From positions 43,866-107,865 of the forward strand of contig CAZTOW010000023.1 in assembly GCA_964615375.1 (NCBI GenBank): 64,000 nt of DNA. The letters run 5' to 3'. This document shows, one piece after another, positions 29,564-39,900 of this stretch. Under the pieces are notes generated by a model. That model saw only the letters and a program-made list of their open reading frames with translations, had not been told where the DNA came from and ran no database searches. The first letter of the stretch is position 1; each line of letters opens with the position of its first letter. Both the position numbers and the translations under genes were made by a program. This DNA comes from an uncultured Enterobacterales bacterium. Its GTDB lineage: Bacteria; Myxococcota_A; UBA796; CAZKWG01.

Positions 29564-30055
29564 TTACTGGCGGCTGCCCGCCCCGACGACACGGAAGGTC
29601 GGGCGCCGCGCCGCCCGGTAGCCGCCCGCCTCCCCCACGGGGGCCCGCTCGGCGAGCGCCAGCGTCTCCAGGGCCACGCGCGCGGCGTCCCCGCCCGCCT
29701 CGACGGGCAGCGCCGAGGAGAGCACGGACGCCACCGACGCCACCACGAGGTCGATCACGTCCTCGGCGGGCTGGTCGGGGTGGGAGCGGAGCGCCCCGCC
29801 GATGGCGATCCCGCACAGCAGCGCGACGCGGGTCGCTACCGCCTCGCGCGCCGCCCAGGCGTCGGACACGCTGTCGGAGTAGTCGGCGTAGATCCGTCGC
29901 TGCTCGGAGGTCAGGGTGTTCTCCAAGGCGATGCGGGCGCGCTGCTGGGCGCGCTGGAAGGGGGCCATCTCCTCGCCCCCCACCATCTCGATCATGGCCT
30001 CATAGGCGGTGTGGTCGGTCCAGTCGTCGATCCGCCACTTGATCAGGGTCTTCAT
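29564..30055 (-). CDS. Hypothetical protein
   Basis: ATG 30055 (MKTLIKWRIDDW...) preceded by GGAGA. Coding-like composition; no recognisable family. Confidence 0.5.
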   Translation of the reverse strand: MKTLIKWRIDDWTDHTAYEAMIEMVGGEEMAPFQRAQQRARIALENTLTSEQRRIYADYSDSVSDAWAAREAVATRVALLCGIAIGGALRSHPDQPAEDVIDLVVASVASVLSSALPVEAGGDAARVALETLALAERAPVGEAGGYRAARRPTFRVVGAGSRQ

Positions 30056-30259
30056 GACGCACGTCTCCATGCCCGCCGGGGTTGACCGGCAGTCGGGCAA
30101 GCGGGCGAAAGCCAGCCTACCGGGCCAGCAGTCAGGAGACGGCGTAAATCCGTCGTTTGACACGGTGGAACCTGCGCGCATAGATGGGCGCAGGCCCGGG
30201 GGTGTAGTTCACTCCTACCTCCTGGGCTTAGGCCCGTCGGGGAGTTCGCACCTCCACGG

Positions 30260-31810
30260 CGGGCCGTTCTCGTTGTGCCTCCAGGGGTAGCACAGGGGGG
30301 CGACCCCTGTCCACCCCTCGCGGTCAGAGCGCTTCCTCGCCCCTACGATCTCCCCGTTCCCGCCGTCGTCCGGCGCGCCTCAACATCTCCCCCATCCCCC
30401 GGAAGACCCGATAGCGGGGATCGGGCGGGAGCTTCCCGAACGCCGACACCAGCGCGAGCACACGCTCCATGAGATCCCCGCCGGTCTCGCGGATCGTGGC
30501 CAGGAACGCATACAGGATGGTGGCGAGCAGGGCGATCCGCCGCACGCCGCGCAGGGTCAGCGCCCGCACGTCTTCGAGGTCCACGCCCCAGCCCCTGGAG
30601 TCCTTCATGGCCCGGGTCGCCTCCTCGCACTTCCAGCGCCGCCCGTAGGCGCGCGCCGCCTCCAGGATGGCCGCCTTCCCCTCCAGGTGCTCCGACGCCA
30701 GCAGGGCGAGGGGCTGCTTCCCGAAGCCCCAGACCACGATCAGGGTGCGCGCCTTCCCCTTCGGGCTCGGGTGGTTCTTCTGGTTGGAGAGGTAGACCTT
30801 CCGGGAGCCGACTTCGAGCGTGATCGTCTTCTTCCCCGCGCCCTTCGCCCGCTTCCGGCCCGCCTTGATCTCCATCTTGAAGCGGGGGATCACTTCGAGC
30901 GCGGCGTCCTCCACGCTCAGGCATCGGCCGTCCGCGGTGAAGACCTCGCGCTGGTTCTTCACCGCGTACTGAAGGCGGCAGATCCAGCGCAGGTTCAGGG
31001 CGTCGAGTCCGTCGAGGTAGCGGGTGTTGTCGAAGCCACGATCCGAGGTCCACCACGCGCGCGGCCCGATGGAGGGGGCGGCGATTCGGATCTGCTCCAG
31101 GAAGACGGAGGTCTGAGAGGACTTCGCGATCTCCTCGTAGCTGAACGGATGCAGGAGGACGGGGATCTGAAGCTCGCCGAGGTCGGCTTCGAGCTGCACC
31201 ACGGGGTAGCCGAGCCCGGTCTCCCCGTCCGAGCCGTTCCAGCACCGCGAGACCCCCTCCATGCCCCGCTCGGGGTCCGGGTTCGCCCAGGGCTTGGCCA
31301 GGTCGGTGTAGTCCACCGCCACCACCACGCCCTCGCCGTCGTCGCGGCGCGCGTGACGGGCCACCACGTCCAGGTGACGGGCCAGCAGGGCCGCGTCGTC
31401 CAGGCGATCCGAGTTCAGCCCCCGGCTCAGTCGCTTCTCCGTGTGGATGAGGCGACGGGGATCGCCGTCCTCGGCCTCCTCGTCCAGCGCGCGCCCGATC
31501 TCGGAGAGCATCGGCGACTTCGAGATCGCCATGCCCCGGAGCATATCGGCGATCCAGCGCTGGTTCGGGACGTACTGATCCTGTCCGACCTCCGCGCAGA
31601 AGTCGGCCAGGGCTCGCGTGATCGCAGCCACGGCGCACCCGTTTGCAGCCGGCGGGAGCGCGCGCTAAGCTGGGTGTGCGTGCCAAGCGCACCCGAGCCC
31701 ACGACCTCGCCGGGTTGGGGTTCTGGTTCCAGCGCCCGCGGTGTTCTCAGCACCGCGGGCGTTGTCGTTTCTGACCCCTTGATCTTAGCCGGTCGAACAC
31801 GAGAAATCAC
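30260..31810 (-). mobile_element. IS4-family insertion sequence (ends approximate and not confidently defined)
   Basis: Single DDE transposase ORF. An 11-bp perfect hairpin at 31733-31761 lies upstream of the transposase start. Only weak candidate terminal repeats were found (TTCTCGT at 30267-30273 and its complement near 31799-31805). Followed by a lower-GC islet. Confidence 0.45.
30324..31631 (-). CDS. IS4-family DDE transposase
   Basis: 435 aa, GTG start. Exact Y-(2)-R-(3)-E-(6)-K signature in AYGRRWKCEEATRAMK. Upstream DDE-like motifs VVAVDYTD and WWTSDRGF. Confidence 0.85.
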   Translation of the reverse strand: MAAITRALADFCAEVGQDQYVPNQRWIADMLRGMAISKSPMLSEIGRALDEEAEDGDPRRLIHTEKRLSRGLNSDRLDDAALLARHLDVVARHARRDDGEGVVVAVDYTDLAKPWANPDPERGMEGVSRCWNGSDGETGLGYPVVQLEADLGELQIPVLLHPFSYEEIAKSSQTSVFLEQIRIAAPSIGPRAWWTSDRGFDNTRYLDGLDALNLRWICRLQYAVKNQREVFTADGRCLSVEDAALEVIPRFKMEIKAGRKRAKGAGKKTITLEVGSRKVYLSNQKNHPSPKGKARTLIVVWGFGKQPLALLASEHLEGKAAILEAARAYGRRWKCEEATRAMKDSRGWGVDLEDVRALTLRGVRRIALLATILYAFLATIRETGGDLMERVLALVSAFGKLPPDPRYRVFRGMGEMLRRAGRRRERGDRRGEEAL

Positions 31811-32084
31811 GCTGCGAAGGCTTGATTTGGCTCGAATGCGGACAGAAGTTGTCCGCGCCGTTGGGCCCGCTGGCAGCCTCCGGGACGGGTGTCTCGGGCC
31901 GGGGGCCGCGAGACGGGTGTGCGGGCTCCGGCGCGTCGTGGCGGGGACGCAGCGCGGCGGGATGGGCATCGGCGATCAGGGATCGCCGGGGGTGGTACCG
32001 GGGCGCGGTGGCGGATCTGACTGGATCTACGCCGGTATCGAATTAGTGGCTGCTGCACTACACTCACAATGGAAGTACGCCATC

Positions 32085-32531
32085 ATGGACTACAAGAGCA
32101 CCCGAACAGCCGTAAAGGTCGATGACATTGCCGTTCTCGCGTCTTGGCTCATGGCCGCACGTCCCTCGATATCGTTCGACGACTGCGTGTTCGAGGCGCT
32201 GCACACTATCATCGACCTGAACCGACAGCCCCAGGCCCCGACATGGCGTTCTCCAGTGGTTCTGGAACTGGCCCGAACCCTGCTGCTCCGGGAGCCAAAC
32301 ACCCCGCTGCTGGATCACTTTAAGGAGGCCATTCGGCTCAAGACCGAGGGGTTGACTGCCACTCTCATGAGGGGAGGGAAGATCTCGGGCGCCGAAGGGG
32401 CGATCTACTATGTCGTTCGCAATGTGCATCGCGGGGAGGCAGACGTGACGCAGGTCATCGGAGATATCGAGCTATATGCCGAGCTTAACGACGAGAATTC
32501 CAGCTCAGTCGATCCGGTGGAGGGACGCTGA
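32085..32531 (+). CDS. Hypothetical protein in the lower-GC islet
   Basis: ATG 32085 (MDYKSTRTAVKVDD...), 148 aa, balanced amino-acid composition unlike the shadow ORFs. No family recognised. Confidence 0.5.
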   Translation: MDYKSTRTAVKVDDIAVLASWLMAARPSISFDDCVFEALHTIIDLNRQPQAPTWRSPVVLELARTLLLREPNTPLLDHFKEAIRLKTEGLTATLMRGGKISGAEGAIYYVVRNVHRGEADVTQVIGDIELYAELNDENSSSVDPVEGR

Positions 32532-32732
32532 AAGCTGCCCAAGGGGACCTGCTCCTTCCGCCAGAGAGATCGCTTCATATGCCAGCATGATCGACAGGGG
32601 TAAAGGAAGATTGGCCTGGAGCGCCCGTTGAACCTCCTCGGAAAGCTGAACGTAGAGATCGAACATAGCGCGCGCTGGGCGCTGGGTGCCGGTCTCGGTC
32701 GCCTCGGTGACGGTCTCGCGCAGCTCGGACAT
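32505..32732 (-). CDS. Small hypothetical protein (75 aa), convergent with and overlapping the previous gene by 27 nt
   Basis: ATG 32732 (MSELRETVTEATETG...). Helical-looking sequence; weak support. Confidence 0.3.
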   Translation of the reverse strand: MSELRETVTEATETGTQRPARAMFDLYVQLSEEVQRALQANLPLPLSIMLAYEAISLAEGAGPLGQLSASLHRID

Positions 32733-32865
32733 GGACACCTCCGGGTCGGGTGATACCCGCTCGACTGGTGCCATGTGGTGAGCCCTGTGCGACGGCTGAC
32801 GGATCGCGATAGAGGCCGCCATCAGGGACCGTGCTACTCGATGAACAAGCAGAGGGAGACCCACG

Positions 32866-33327
32866 ATGTCGATGAAACACCCGCTACTGAGCATCATCAG
32901 CCTGTTATCGGTCTTCGTACTCGCCTGTGCTGGCGACGACGCCGGCAAGGGCGAGTCAGGGGACACTGGAGAGGAGAATCAGGAAGCCGACTGGCTCGTT
33001 GCGGATCTCGCTCTGGTGCCAAATAGTCTGAACTATGCGGCCGTAACTGGCGTCGTGACCCTTCAGGGTGACCTTGCGGGCGCAGGGACGATGGCTGAGG
33101 TTCGCTACTACCAGGACGACTACACCACGCTCATCACCGACGCCTCTGAGATGATCGGCAGCGATCTCGAAGAGATCGGCACGACACAGGCGTTTGAGCT
33201 CACCCACTACACGGTCTACGTGCTGCCCGCTATCGGGGGATACGCCTATGTCTGCGCCAGCTTCCGCGCAGATGACTCGAACTATGAGGACTGGACGGAG
33301 GTAGGTTGCCTTGAAGGCGTTGAGTGA
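32866..33327 (+). CDS. Hypothetical lipoprotein (lower-GC islet)
   Basis: Signal plus lipobox MSMKHPLLSIISLLSVFVLAC, then an acidic linker GDDAGKGESGDTGEE. No family recognised. Confidence 0.6.
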   Translation: MSMKHPLLSIISLLSVFVLACAGDDAGKGESGDTGEENQEADWLVADLALVPNSLNYAAVTGVVTLQGDLAGAGTMAEVRYYQDDYTTLITDASEMIGSDLEEIGTTQAFELTHYTVYVLPAIGGYAYVCASFRADDSNYEDWTEVGCLEGVE

Positions 33328-33406
33328 AAGTCGGCGCCGAACGCCGATTCCCGACAACTTCAGCGCCCATCTGAAAAGTCGTCGTTTTCCTGGCCTTCAC
33401 CCGGGA

Positions 33407-34762
33407 TTATTTTGTGGGTAAGGTCCTGTAGAACCTCCCCATCGCCAGCGCGAGGTCGATCGCCGCCAGGTCCCGGTTCGCCCGCTCCTGGAGCGTCGCC
33501 ATCTCCGCGGCCAGCAGGCCCAGGCGCGCGTCGTCCACGTCCAGCCAGGTCACGCCGCCGTGCTGGAGGGCGATCTCGGCCAGGCGCAGGTTCTCGGTGG
33601 CCAGCGCCCGCTCCCGCTCGGCGCTGGTCAGGGCGGCGCTGGCCCGCTGGTGGCGCTCCCAGGCGGTGCGCACCCCGGTCTCGGCGTCCAGGCTGGCCTG
33701 GCGGGCCAGCAGATCGGCCTGGCGGGCCTGGCTCTGCGCCTCACGGGCCTGCCCGATGCGCGCGCCGCCGTCCCACAGCAGCCACTTGCCCTCGAAGACC
33801 ACCATCCACATGGTCTTGTCGTCGGTGAAGCCCGTGTTCTCCGTGTAGACCCAGGTGTAGCGCCCGTTCAGCGTGGGCAGCCAGGTGAGCTGGCGCGCGG
33901 TGACCGCCAGATCGGCCGCCCGCGCCTGATCCAGCGCGCTCTCGATGGCCGGGTGCCCCTCGTGCGCGGCCTCCAGGGCCTCCTCCAGCGAGGCGGGCAC
34001 GCCCACCGGGGTCTCCGGGAGGCTCACCTCCACCGTCGTCGGCAGCCCGGTCAGGCTGGCGAAGGCCTGCCCGGCCATCACCACGCCCTCCTCCGCGCTC
34101 TTGAGGTCGCGCTCGGCCCGGGCCACCGCCAGCTCCGCCTGGAGCCGCGCCCGCTCGGGGGCCAGGCCCAGGTCCACCTGCTGGTCCACCAGCTTCTCGT
34201 GGCTGCGCGCCGCGTCCACGGCCTTGGACGCCAGCTCCCGCATCCCGCGAGCCACCGCCAGCCCGTAGTAGGCCTTCGCCGCCCCCGCCCGCACCTGCTG
34301 GCGGGCGGACTCCACGCTGCTCTGGGCCGAGTCCACGTTGTAGAAGGCCCCGCGCAGCAGCGGCAGGCTGGACGCGTCGAAGAGGGGCTGGCTGATGGTC
34401 GCGTCGGCCCCCCAGGCCGTCTTCTGCTGCAGCGTGATGGGCTGGCTCTCCAGGCCCAGCAGCTCCTTGTACTCGTCGGGGATCGACTCGGTGAAGTCGA
34501 CGGTGATCTCCTTGTCGTTGATCGTGTACGAGCCGTTGGCGATCACCTTCGGCGAGATGAGCGCGAAGGCCTGGCTGCGCAGCGCGCGCGCCTGGATCTC
34601 CTGCTCGCGGGCGAGCCCGAGGCCGGTGCTGTTCTGCTCGGCGGCGGAGAGCGCCTCCTCCAGGCTGAGGGCGCTCGCCGGGAGCGGCGCCAGCGCGAGG
34701 AGCAGGGCGGCCAGGGGGCGGCCGATGAAGGAGAGGAGCGTGTGGGGGGGGCGCTGCGTCAC
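33407..34762 (-). CDS. TolC-family outer-membrane efflux protein
   Basis: Signal peptide then LSLEEALSAAEQNSTGL. Two internally repeated coiled-coil/beta halves with the Gln/Ala/Arg-rich helices typical of TolC/OprM-like OMFs. GTG start. Confidence 0.85.
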   Translation of the reverse strand: MTQRPPHTLLSFIGRPLAALLLALAPLPASALSLEEALSAAEQNSTGLGLAREQEIQARALRSQAFALISPKVIANGSYTINDKEITVDFTESIPDEYKELLGLESQPITLQQKTAWGADATISQPLFDASSLPLLRGAFYNVDSAQSSVESARQQVRAGAAKAYYGLAVARGMRELASKAVDAARSHEKLVDQQVDLGLAPERARLQAELAVARAERDLKSAEEGVVMAGQAFASLTGLPTTVEVSLPETPVGVPASLEEALEAAHEGHPAIESALDQARAADLAVTARQLTWLPTLNGRYTWVYTENTGFTDDKTMWMVVFEGKWLLWDGGARIGQAREAQSQARQADLLARQASLDAETGVRTAWERHQRASAALTSAERERALATENLRLAEIALQHGGVTWLDVDDARLGLLAAEMATLQERANRDLAAIDLALAMGRFYRTLPTK

Positions 34763-34868
34763 GGTGGACCTCGGCCCAAGAGGCTATCCGAGAGGCGGGC
34801 CGCCCGCCCGTGCCGGCTGTCTGGCGGAGCCCCCCCGCGTCCGCTACGATGTGCCTCGGAGTGCCACG

Positions 34869-36929
34869 ATGCCGGGTTTCGGATGGCTGCACCTCACCGA
34901 CCTGCACGCCCCCGGCGTCGGCGGCTTCCGCACGCTCTGGCCGAACGTGGAGGAGCAGCTCTACGAGGACCTGGGGCGCATGCACGACCGCTCGGGGCCC
35001 TGGGATCTGGTGCTGTTCACCGGTGATCTGACGCAGCGCGGCTCGGCCTCCGAGTTCGCCGCCCTCGACGAGCTGCTCGGCGCCCTCTGGGAGCACCTGC
35101 GCGCGCTCGGCTCCGACCCCGCCCTCTTCGCCGTCCCCGGCAACCACGACCTGGCCCGCCCCGACCCGCGCCGCCCCGAGGTGCGCCTGCTGGCCCGCTG
35201 GGAGGACAACCCGGACGTGCAGCGCGAGCTCTGGGCCGACCCGCTGAGCCCCTACCGGCGCCTGCTGGAGGAGAGCTTCTCGGCGTACTCCAGCTGGTCC
35301 TCGGCCCCGAAGATCCGGGCGCCGGGCGAGCTGCTGAGCGGGATGCTGCCCGGGGACCGCAGCGCCGTGCTGGAGAAGGAGGGCGCCCGCCTCGGGCTGC
35401 TGGGGCTGAACACAGCCTTCCTCCAGCTCGGGGACGGGGCCTGGCAGGGGAGGCTGGCCCTGGACACGGCCCAGTTTCACGCCGCCACGGGCGGGGACGG
35501 GGCGCGCTGGGCCCGGGGCTGCGACGCCGCCCTCCTGCTCACCCACCACGGCCCCCACTGGCTGGACAAGCTCAGCAACGAAGCGCTCAACGGCGAGATC
35601 GCGCCCCCCGGTCGCTTCCTGGCCCACCTCTACGGCCACATGCACGAGCCCGCCGCCCAGCAGCTCGCCGTGGGCGGCGCCCAGCCCTGGCGGCGCTGGC
35701 AGGGGGCGAGCCTGTTCGGGCTGGAGGGTTGGGGCGCCAGCCAGGACCGCAGCCACGGATACAGCGCTGCCCGGCTGGAGATCGACGGCCAGGGCCAGGG
35801 GCGGCTGCGCCTCTTCCCCCGCGCCGCGGTCAAGCACCAGGCCGGCTTCTGGCACCTCGGCGCCGACCGCAGCTACGTGCTCGAGGACGACGGCGGCACC
35901 ACCCCCGAGACCGTCCCCCTGCGCCGCCGCCGCCCCCGGGTGGGCGGGCTCCAGCCCGGCCAGGACATCATCACGCTCCCCATCCCCGAGCCCCCGCTCC
36001 CGCCGGAGAGCTGCGAGGCCCTGCTGGCCCTGGCCGACGGGGTCCACGACGAGGACGTCGAGCGGGTGAGCAAGATGATGGGCCGCGGCGAGTACGTGGC
36101 CCTCCTGGCCCCCGCCGGCTTCCGCCTCCCGCTGGCCATGCGCGCCCTGGCCGAGCGCCTGGCGAAGCGCAAGGACATGGTCGCCTTCCGCGTGACGCCG
36201 CTCACCCTCGCCGAGACCATGGACGACTGGCTGGACCACCTCCTGCGCGAGCTCGGCGCCCGGGTGGGCGGCCTCCAGGTCAGCGCGCGCGGCAACCGCC
36301 TGCTGGCCCTGCTGTACGCGCTCCAGGACGCGGCCCGGGCGCTCACCGATCGCGGCGCGCGCCTGATGGTGCTGGTCGATCCGGTGGAGAGCTTCGCGGG
36401 CGAGCACCGCGAGCGCGTCGTGCGCCTGCTGCAGGTGCTGGCCCAGCTCTCCGAGGAGCGCACCAACGATCCCAGCCTGGAGAGCGTGGGCGTGGCCATG
36501 TCCGGGGGCGAGGAGCTCCAGCGCATCCTGGCCGGGCGGGTGGTGGTCAGCGCGGACCTGTCCCCGGTGCGGGCCAGCATGCAGACCGTGCTGGGCCCGG
36601 TGCTGCCGCCCCAGGGCGCCGACCCCGCCGTCCGCGCCGTGGTCGAGGCCGTGGGCGGCCACCCCGAGCTGGTGCGCTGGGCGGCCAACCGCGGCGGGCG
36701 CTTCCTGGGTCGGCCCGAGGACGAGCTCCCCCTCCTGGCGCGCCAGGTCGAGCGCTTCCGCGCCGGCCTCTTCCGCGACCAGCTCCAGCGCCTCCTGGCG
36801 GGCGAGACCGCCGCCTGGAAGGACCCCGATCCCGCCCTCCGCTGGAGCGGCTGGCTGCGCCTGGACACCCCCGGCTGGCTGGGCCCCGTGCTGGAGGAGC
36901 TCGCGCGAAGGGCGGCGGGCCCCGGATGA
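34869..36929 (+). CDS. Cytoplasmic calcineurin-like metallophosphoesterase fused to a degenerate (P-loop-dead) NTPase-like domain
   Basis: No signal peptide. MPE motifs in canonical order: HLTDLH (34890-34907), GDLTQRG, GNHD (35139-35150), LLTHHGP, YGHMH. The C-terminal ~330 aa have an NTPase-like layout, but the Walker A position reads LLAPAGFRLP (36093-36131) and the Walker B position MVLVDPVE (36360-36395). Stop overlaps the next start (ATGA). Confidence 0.85.
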   Translation: MPGFGWLHLTDLHAPGVGGFRTLWPNVEEQLYEDLGRMHDRSGPWDLVLFTGDLTQRGSASEFAALDELLGALWEHLRALGSDPALFAVPGNHDLARPDPRRPEVRLLARWEDNPDVQRELWADPLSPYRRLLEESFSAYSSWSSAPKIRAPGELLSGMLPGDRSAVLEKEGARLGLLGLNTAFLQLGDGAWQGRLALDTAQFHAATGGDGARWARGCDAALLLTHHGPHWLDKLSNEALNGEIAPPGRFLAHLYGHMHEPAAQQLAVGGAQPWRRWQGASLFGLEGWGASQDRSHGYSAARLEIDGQGQGRLRLFPRAAVKHQAGFWHLGADRSYVLEDDGGTTPETVPLRRRRPRVGGLQPGQDIITLPIPEPPLPPESCEALLALADGVHDEDVERVSKMMGRGEYVALLAPAGFRLPLAMRALAERLAKRKDMVAFRVTPLTLAETMDDWLDHLLRELGARVGGLQVSARGNRLLALLYALQDAARALTDRGARLMVLVDPVESFAGEHRERVVRLLQVLAQLSEERTNDPSLESVGVAMSGGEELQRILAGRVVVSADLSPVRASMQTVLGPVLPPQGADPAVRAVVEAVGGHPELVRWAANRGGRFLGRPEDELPLLARQVERFRAGLFRDQLQRLLAGETAAWKDPDPALRWSGWLRLDTPGWLGPVLEELARRAAGPG

Positions 36930-39900
36930 GCGCGCGCCTCCCCCTCCTCGCGCTGCTCCTCGGCCTCACCGTGCAGGCCGCGAAGGACGTGCGCGAGGTG
37001 CTCCGCGCCACCGCCCTGCGCCTCCCCTCCGACCCCGAGGGCCAGGACCCCTGGGCCGGCGGCCGGGTGGAGGTCTGTTGGAGCGCGCCCGGCGCGGATC
37101 CCACCCTGGCCGTGCGCGTCTACGCGGGCTCGCTGGACGAGCCGATGAGCGCCTGGGAGCCGGTCGCCGGCCCGCTCCTGGGGCGGAGCTGCTGGCGGGG
37201 CCCCTGGGAGCCCGACCGCGCCTGGGCCGTGGCGCCCGTCCGAGACGGGGTGGAGGGCGAGCGGGCGCTGGCCCGGGGCACGGCGCTGCGGGCGCGGTCC
37301 CGGGTCCCTGTCGAGGCGCGCCTGGAGGGCGATCAGGTCACGGCCATCGCCGAGGGCGGGGGACGGCTCTGGTTCGCCACCGACGGCGGCGGGCTCAGCG
37401 CCGCGCCGCTCTCCGGCGACCTCGCCCCCTGGGAGGCGCCCTGGACCACCTGGCGACAGGCCGACGGGCCCGGCGCCGACCGGCTGGGGGCTGTGCTCTA
37501 CGAGGCCGCCGCCTCCCGCGTGTGGGTGGGGGCGCGCGGGCGCGTGGCGGCGCTCAACCTCCAGGACGGGACCTGGCGGGCCTACGGCGTCCGCGACGGC
37601 CTGCCCGAGGGCCTGATCACCACCCTCCTGGTGCCCGAGCTCGGATCCGTGGTCGCCGCGGCCGAGGGCGGTCAGATCGTCCAGTTCGATCCTCGCTCCG
37701 AGCGCTGGGTGACCCTGGCGGAACTCGAGACGCAGGATCCTGGCGCCCGCGTGCTGGGCGCGGACGGGGACGGTCGCTTCTGGATCTCGACGTCCGAGGG
37801 CCTCCGTTCATTCAACCCGCGCGACGATCGCTGGGCGCGGCTCGCCTGCCCCGGGCGCGTCACGGCCATGCTGCACGACGCCGCGGGCCAGCTCTGGTTC
37901 GGCACCGAGGACGCCGGGCTGATGGTGGTCCGCGAGGGGCGCTGCGAGCCCGTCTCGGCGCCCCCGGACGGCGCCTGGCCCGCCATCCGCGCCCTCCTGG
38001 ACGGGGAGCGCGGCCCGCTGGTCGGCGCCGATCGCGGCCTGCTCCGCTGGGTCAGCGCCGAGGGCCGCTGGGAGAGCGGGGCCTCCGATCCCTCCCTCGC
38101 CGGCCTGGCGGGTCTGCCGATCACCGGCCTCCACCGCGACGAGCGCGGCGCGCTGTGGGTGGCGGTCCGGCACGAGGGCCTGCGGCGCGTGGACCCCGAC
38201 GGGGCGGTCAGCGCGGCCCGGCCGGCGAGCGTGCTGCGGGCGGGCCCGGTGGGCGTCGTCATCACCACCAACGGCCAGGTCTGGTTCGGCTCGGAGGGTG
38301 GGATCAGCCGGCTCACCCTGGGGACGGGGGCGTGGAGCTGGTGGCGCTCGCCCAGCGTCGGCGTCACCGGGGGCGTCAGCGCGCTGGCCGTGGGCGGGGC
38401 GGGCGAGCTCCAGACCCTCTGGGCGGGGGGCCAGGGCGCCGTGGCCCGCTTCCTCCCCACCATGGAGCGCTGGGACAGCTTCGCCCTCCCGCGCCCCGAG
38501 TCCCGGGTCCTCTCCATCCTCGTGGACGAGCCCGCCCTCTGGGTGGGCACCGACGCGGGGCTGCTGCGCTTCGATCTGGCCAGCGGCGCCTGGGACGAGC
38601 CCTTCCGCGGCGGCTGGCTGGAGCGCGCGCGCGTCCAGGCCCTCCTGCGGGACAGCGCCGGGGGCCTCTGGGTCGGCACCCCCCAGGGCGCGCTGCGGCT
38701 CGAGGCCAGCGAGGGCCTGGAGCTCCTGCCCGCGGGCGGGGCCCTCAGCGGCCTGGACGTGGCGGCCATCGAGCAGGACGGCAGCGGGGCGCTGTGGTTC
38801 TCGTCCACCCGGGGCGATCTGGTCCAGCTCCTCCCCGCCAGCGGGGACACGCGGCGCGTGCAGCTCGACCCGGGCGACGCGATCACGGGGATGGCGCTGA
38901 ATTACGACCGGCTGTGGTTCGCCTCGGAGCGGGGCCTCTCGGTGCGGGAGAGCGCGCGCTTCGACGGGGGCCTCCAGCAGCGGGTCGAGGCGCGCGGCAC
39001 CCGCGGGGTGGCGGTGGACAGCGGCGGGCGGGTCTGGCTGGCCACGGCGCGCGGCGCGCTGCGCTGGGACCCGGAGACGGGGATCTCCCGCCGCTATCCG
39101 GCGGCCCTCGGCGAGCCCGAGGACGAGGCGCGGGTGCGGGCCTCGGTCACCGCGGGGGGCGGGCGGGTCTGGCTGGGCACCGAGGCGGGCAGCGTGCTGC
39201 TGGTGGACGCCCAGGGCGTCGTCCGCGACCGCCTGGACGGCGAAGACGGGCTCCCCGGCGCGCCGGTGCGGGCCCTCTACTGGGACGAGGTCGGTGAGCT
39301 GTGGATCGGGACGGAGGGGGGCGGGCTCGTGCGCGTGAAGGTCGCCGCGAGCGGCGTGGGCGCGCCTGAGGCCATGCAGATCTACCGGGCGGCCGACGGG
39401 CTGGGGAGCGATCAGGTCCTGGCCCTGACCAGCCGGGTGTCGGGCGAGCTGAGCGTGCTCACCGACCGCGGCGCCGTCCTCTTCGAGAAGGCCAGCGGCT
39501 TCCGGCCCCTCAGCCTGCCCAGCGGGCTGCGGGGCGCGCTGCGCAGCTTCGCCTGGCGCGGGCTCGACGAGCTGTGGGTGGGCACGGGCGAGGCCGTCGG
39601 CTGGCGCGTCCAGCCCTCGGGGCAGGCGCCGATCCGGGTGCGGGAGCCCGCCCCGGGCGCGAGCTGGGCCACGGGCGTCAACGTCTTCTTCAAGGACCAG
39701 GACGGGAACCTCTGGCTCGGGCTGGAGGGCGGCGGCCTCGGCCGGAAGGGGGAGCAGGGCGTGGAGCCCGTCACGGTGGACGGCGCGGGGCCCGGCCTCG
39801 AGGTGCGCGCCATCCGCGAGGCCGCCGGGCGCATCTGGCTGGCGACGAACCAGGGCGCCTTCTGGCGTCCGGTGGGGAGCCCGCAGGGCTACGAGCAGAC

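Noticed and set aside
30343-31692. 449-aa minus-strand ORF overlapping the transposase in another frame (possible frameshifted transposase)
   Set aside because: The translation is Arg/Gly/Pro-rich without DDE or YREK motifs. The 30324-31631 frame alone encodes a complete IS4-type transposase, so no frameshift is needed.
30267-31805. TTCTCGT...AGGGGT segments near 30267 and, complemented, near 31805 as terminal inverted repeats of the IS
   Set aside because: Only 7 contiguous matching bases and inconsistent spacing to the second block. That is too weak to define the element ends, so I reported the IS boundaries as approximate.
31640-32084. tRNA or attachment site expected next to the IS and low-GC islet
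   Set aside because: I found only simple hairpins (31733-31761 and 31838-31856) and no cloverleaf-compatible sequence or GGTTCGAATCC-type T-arm.
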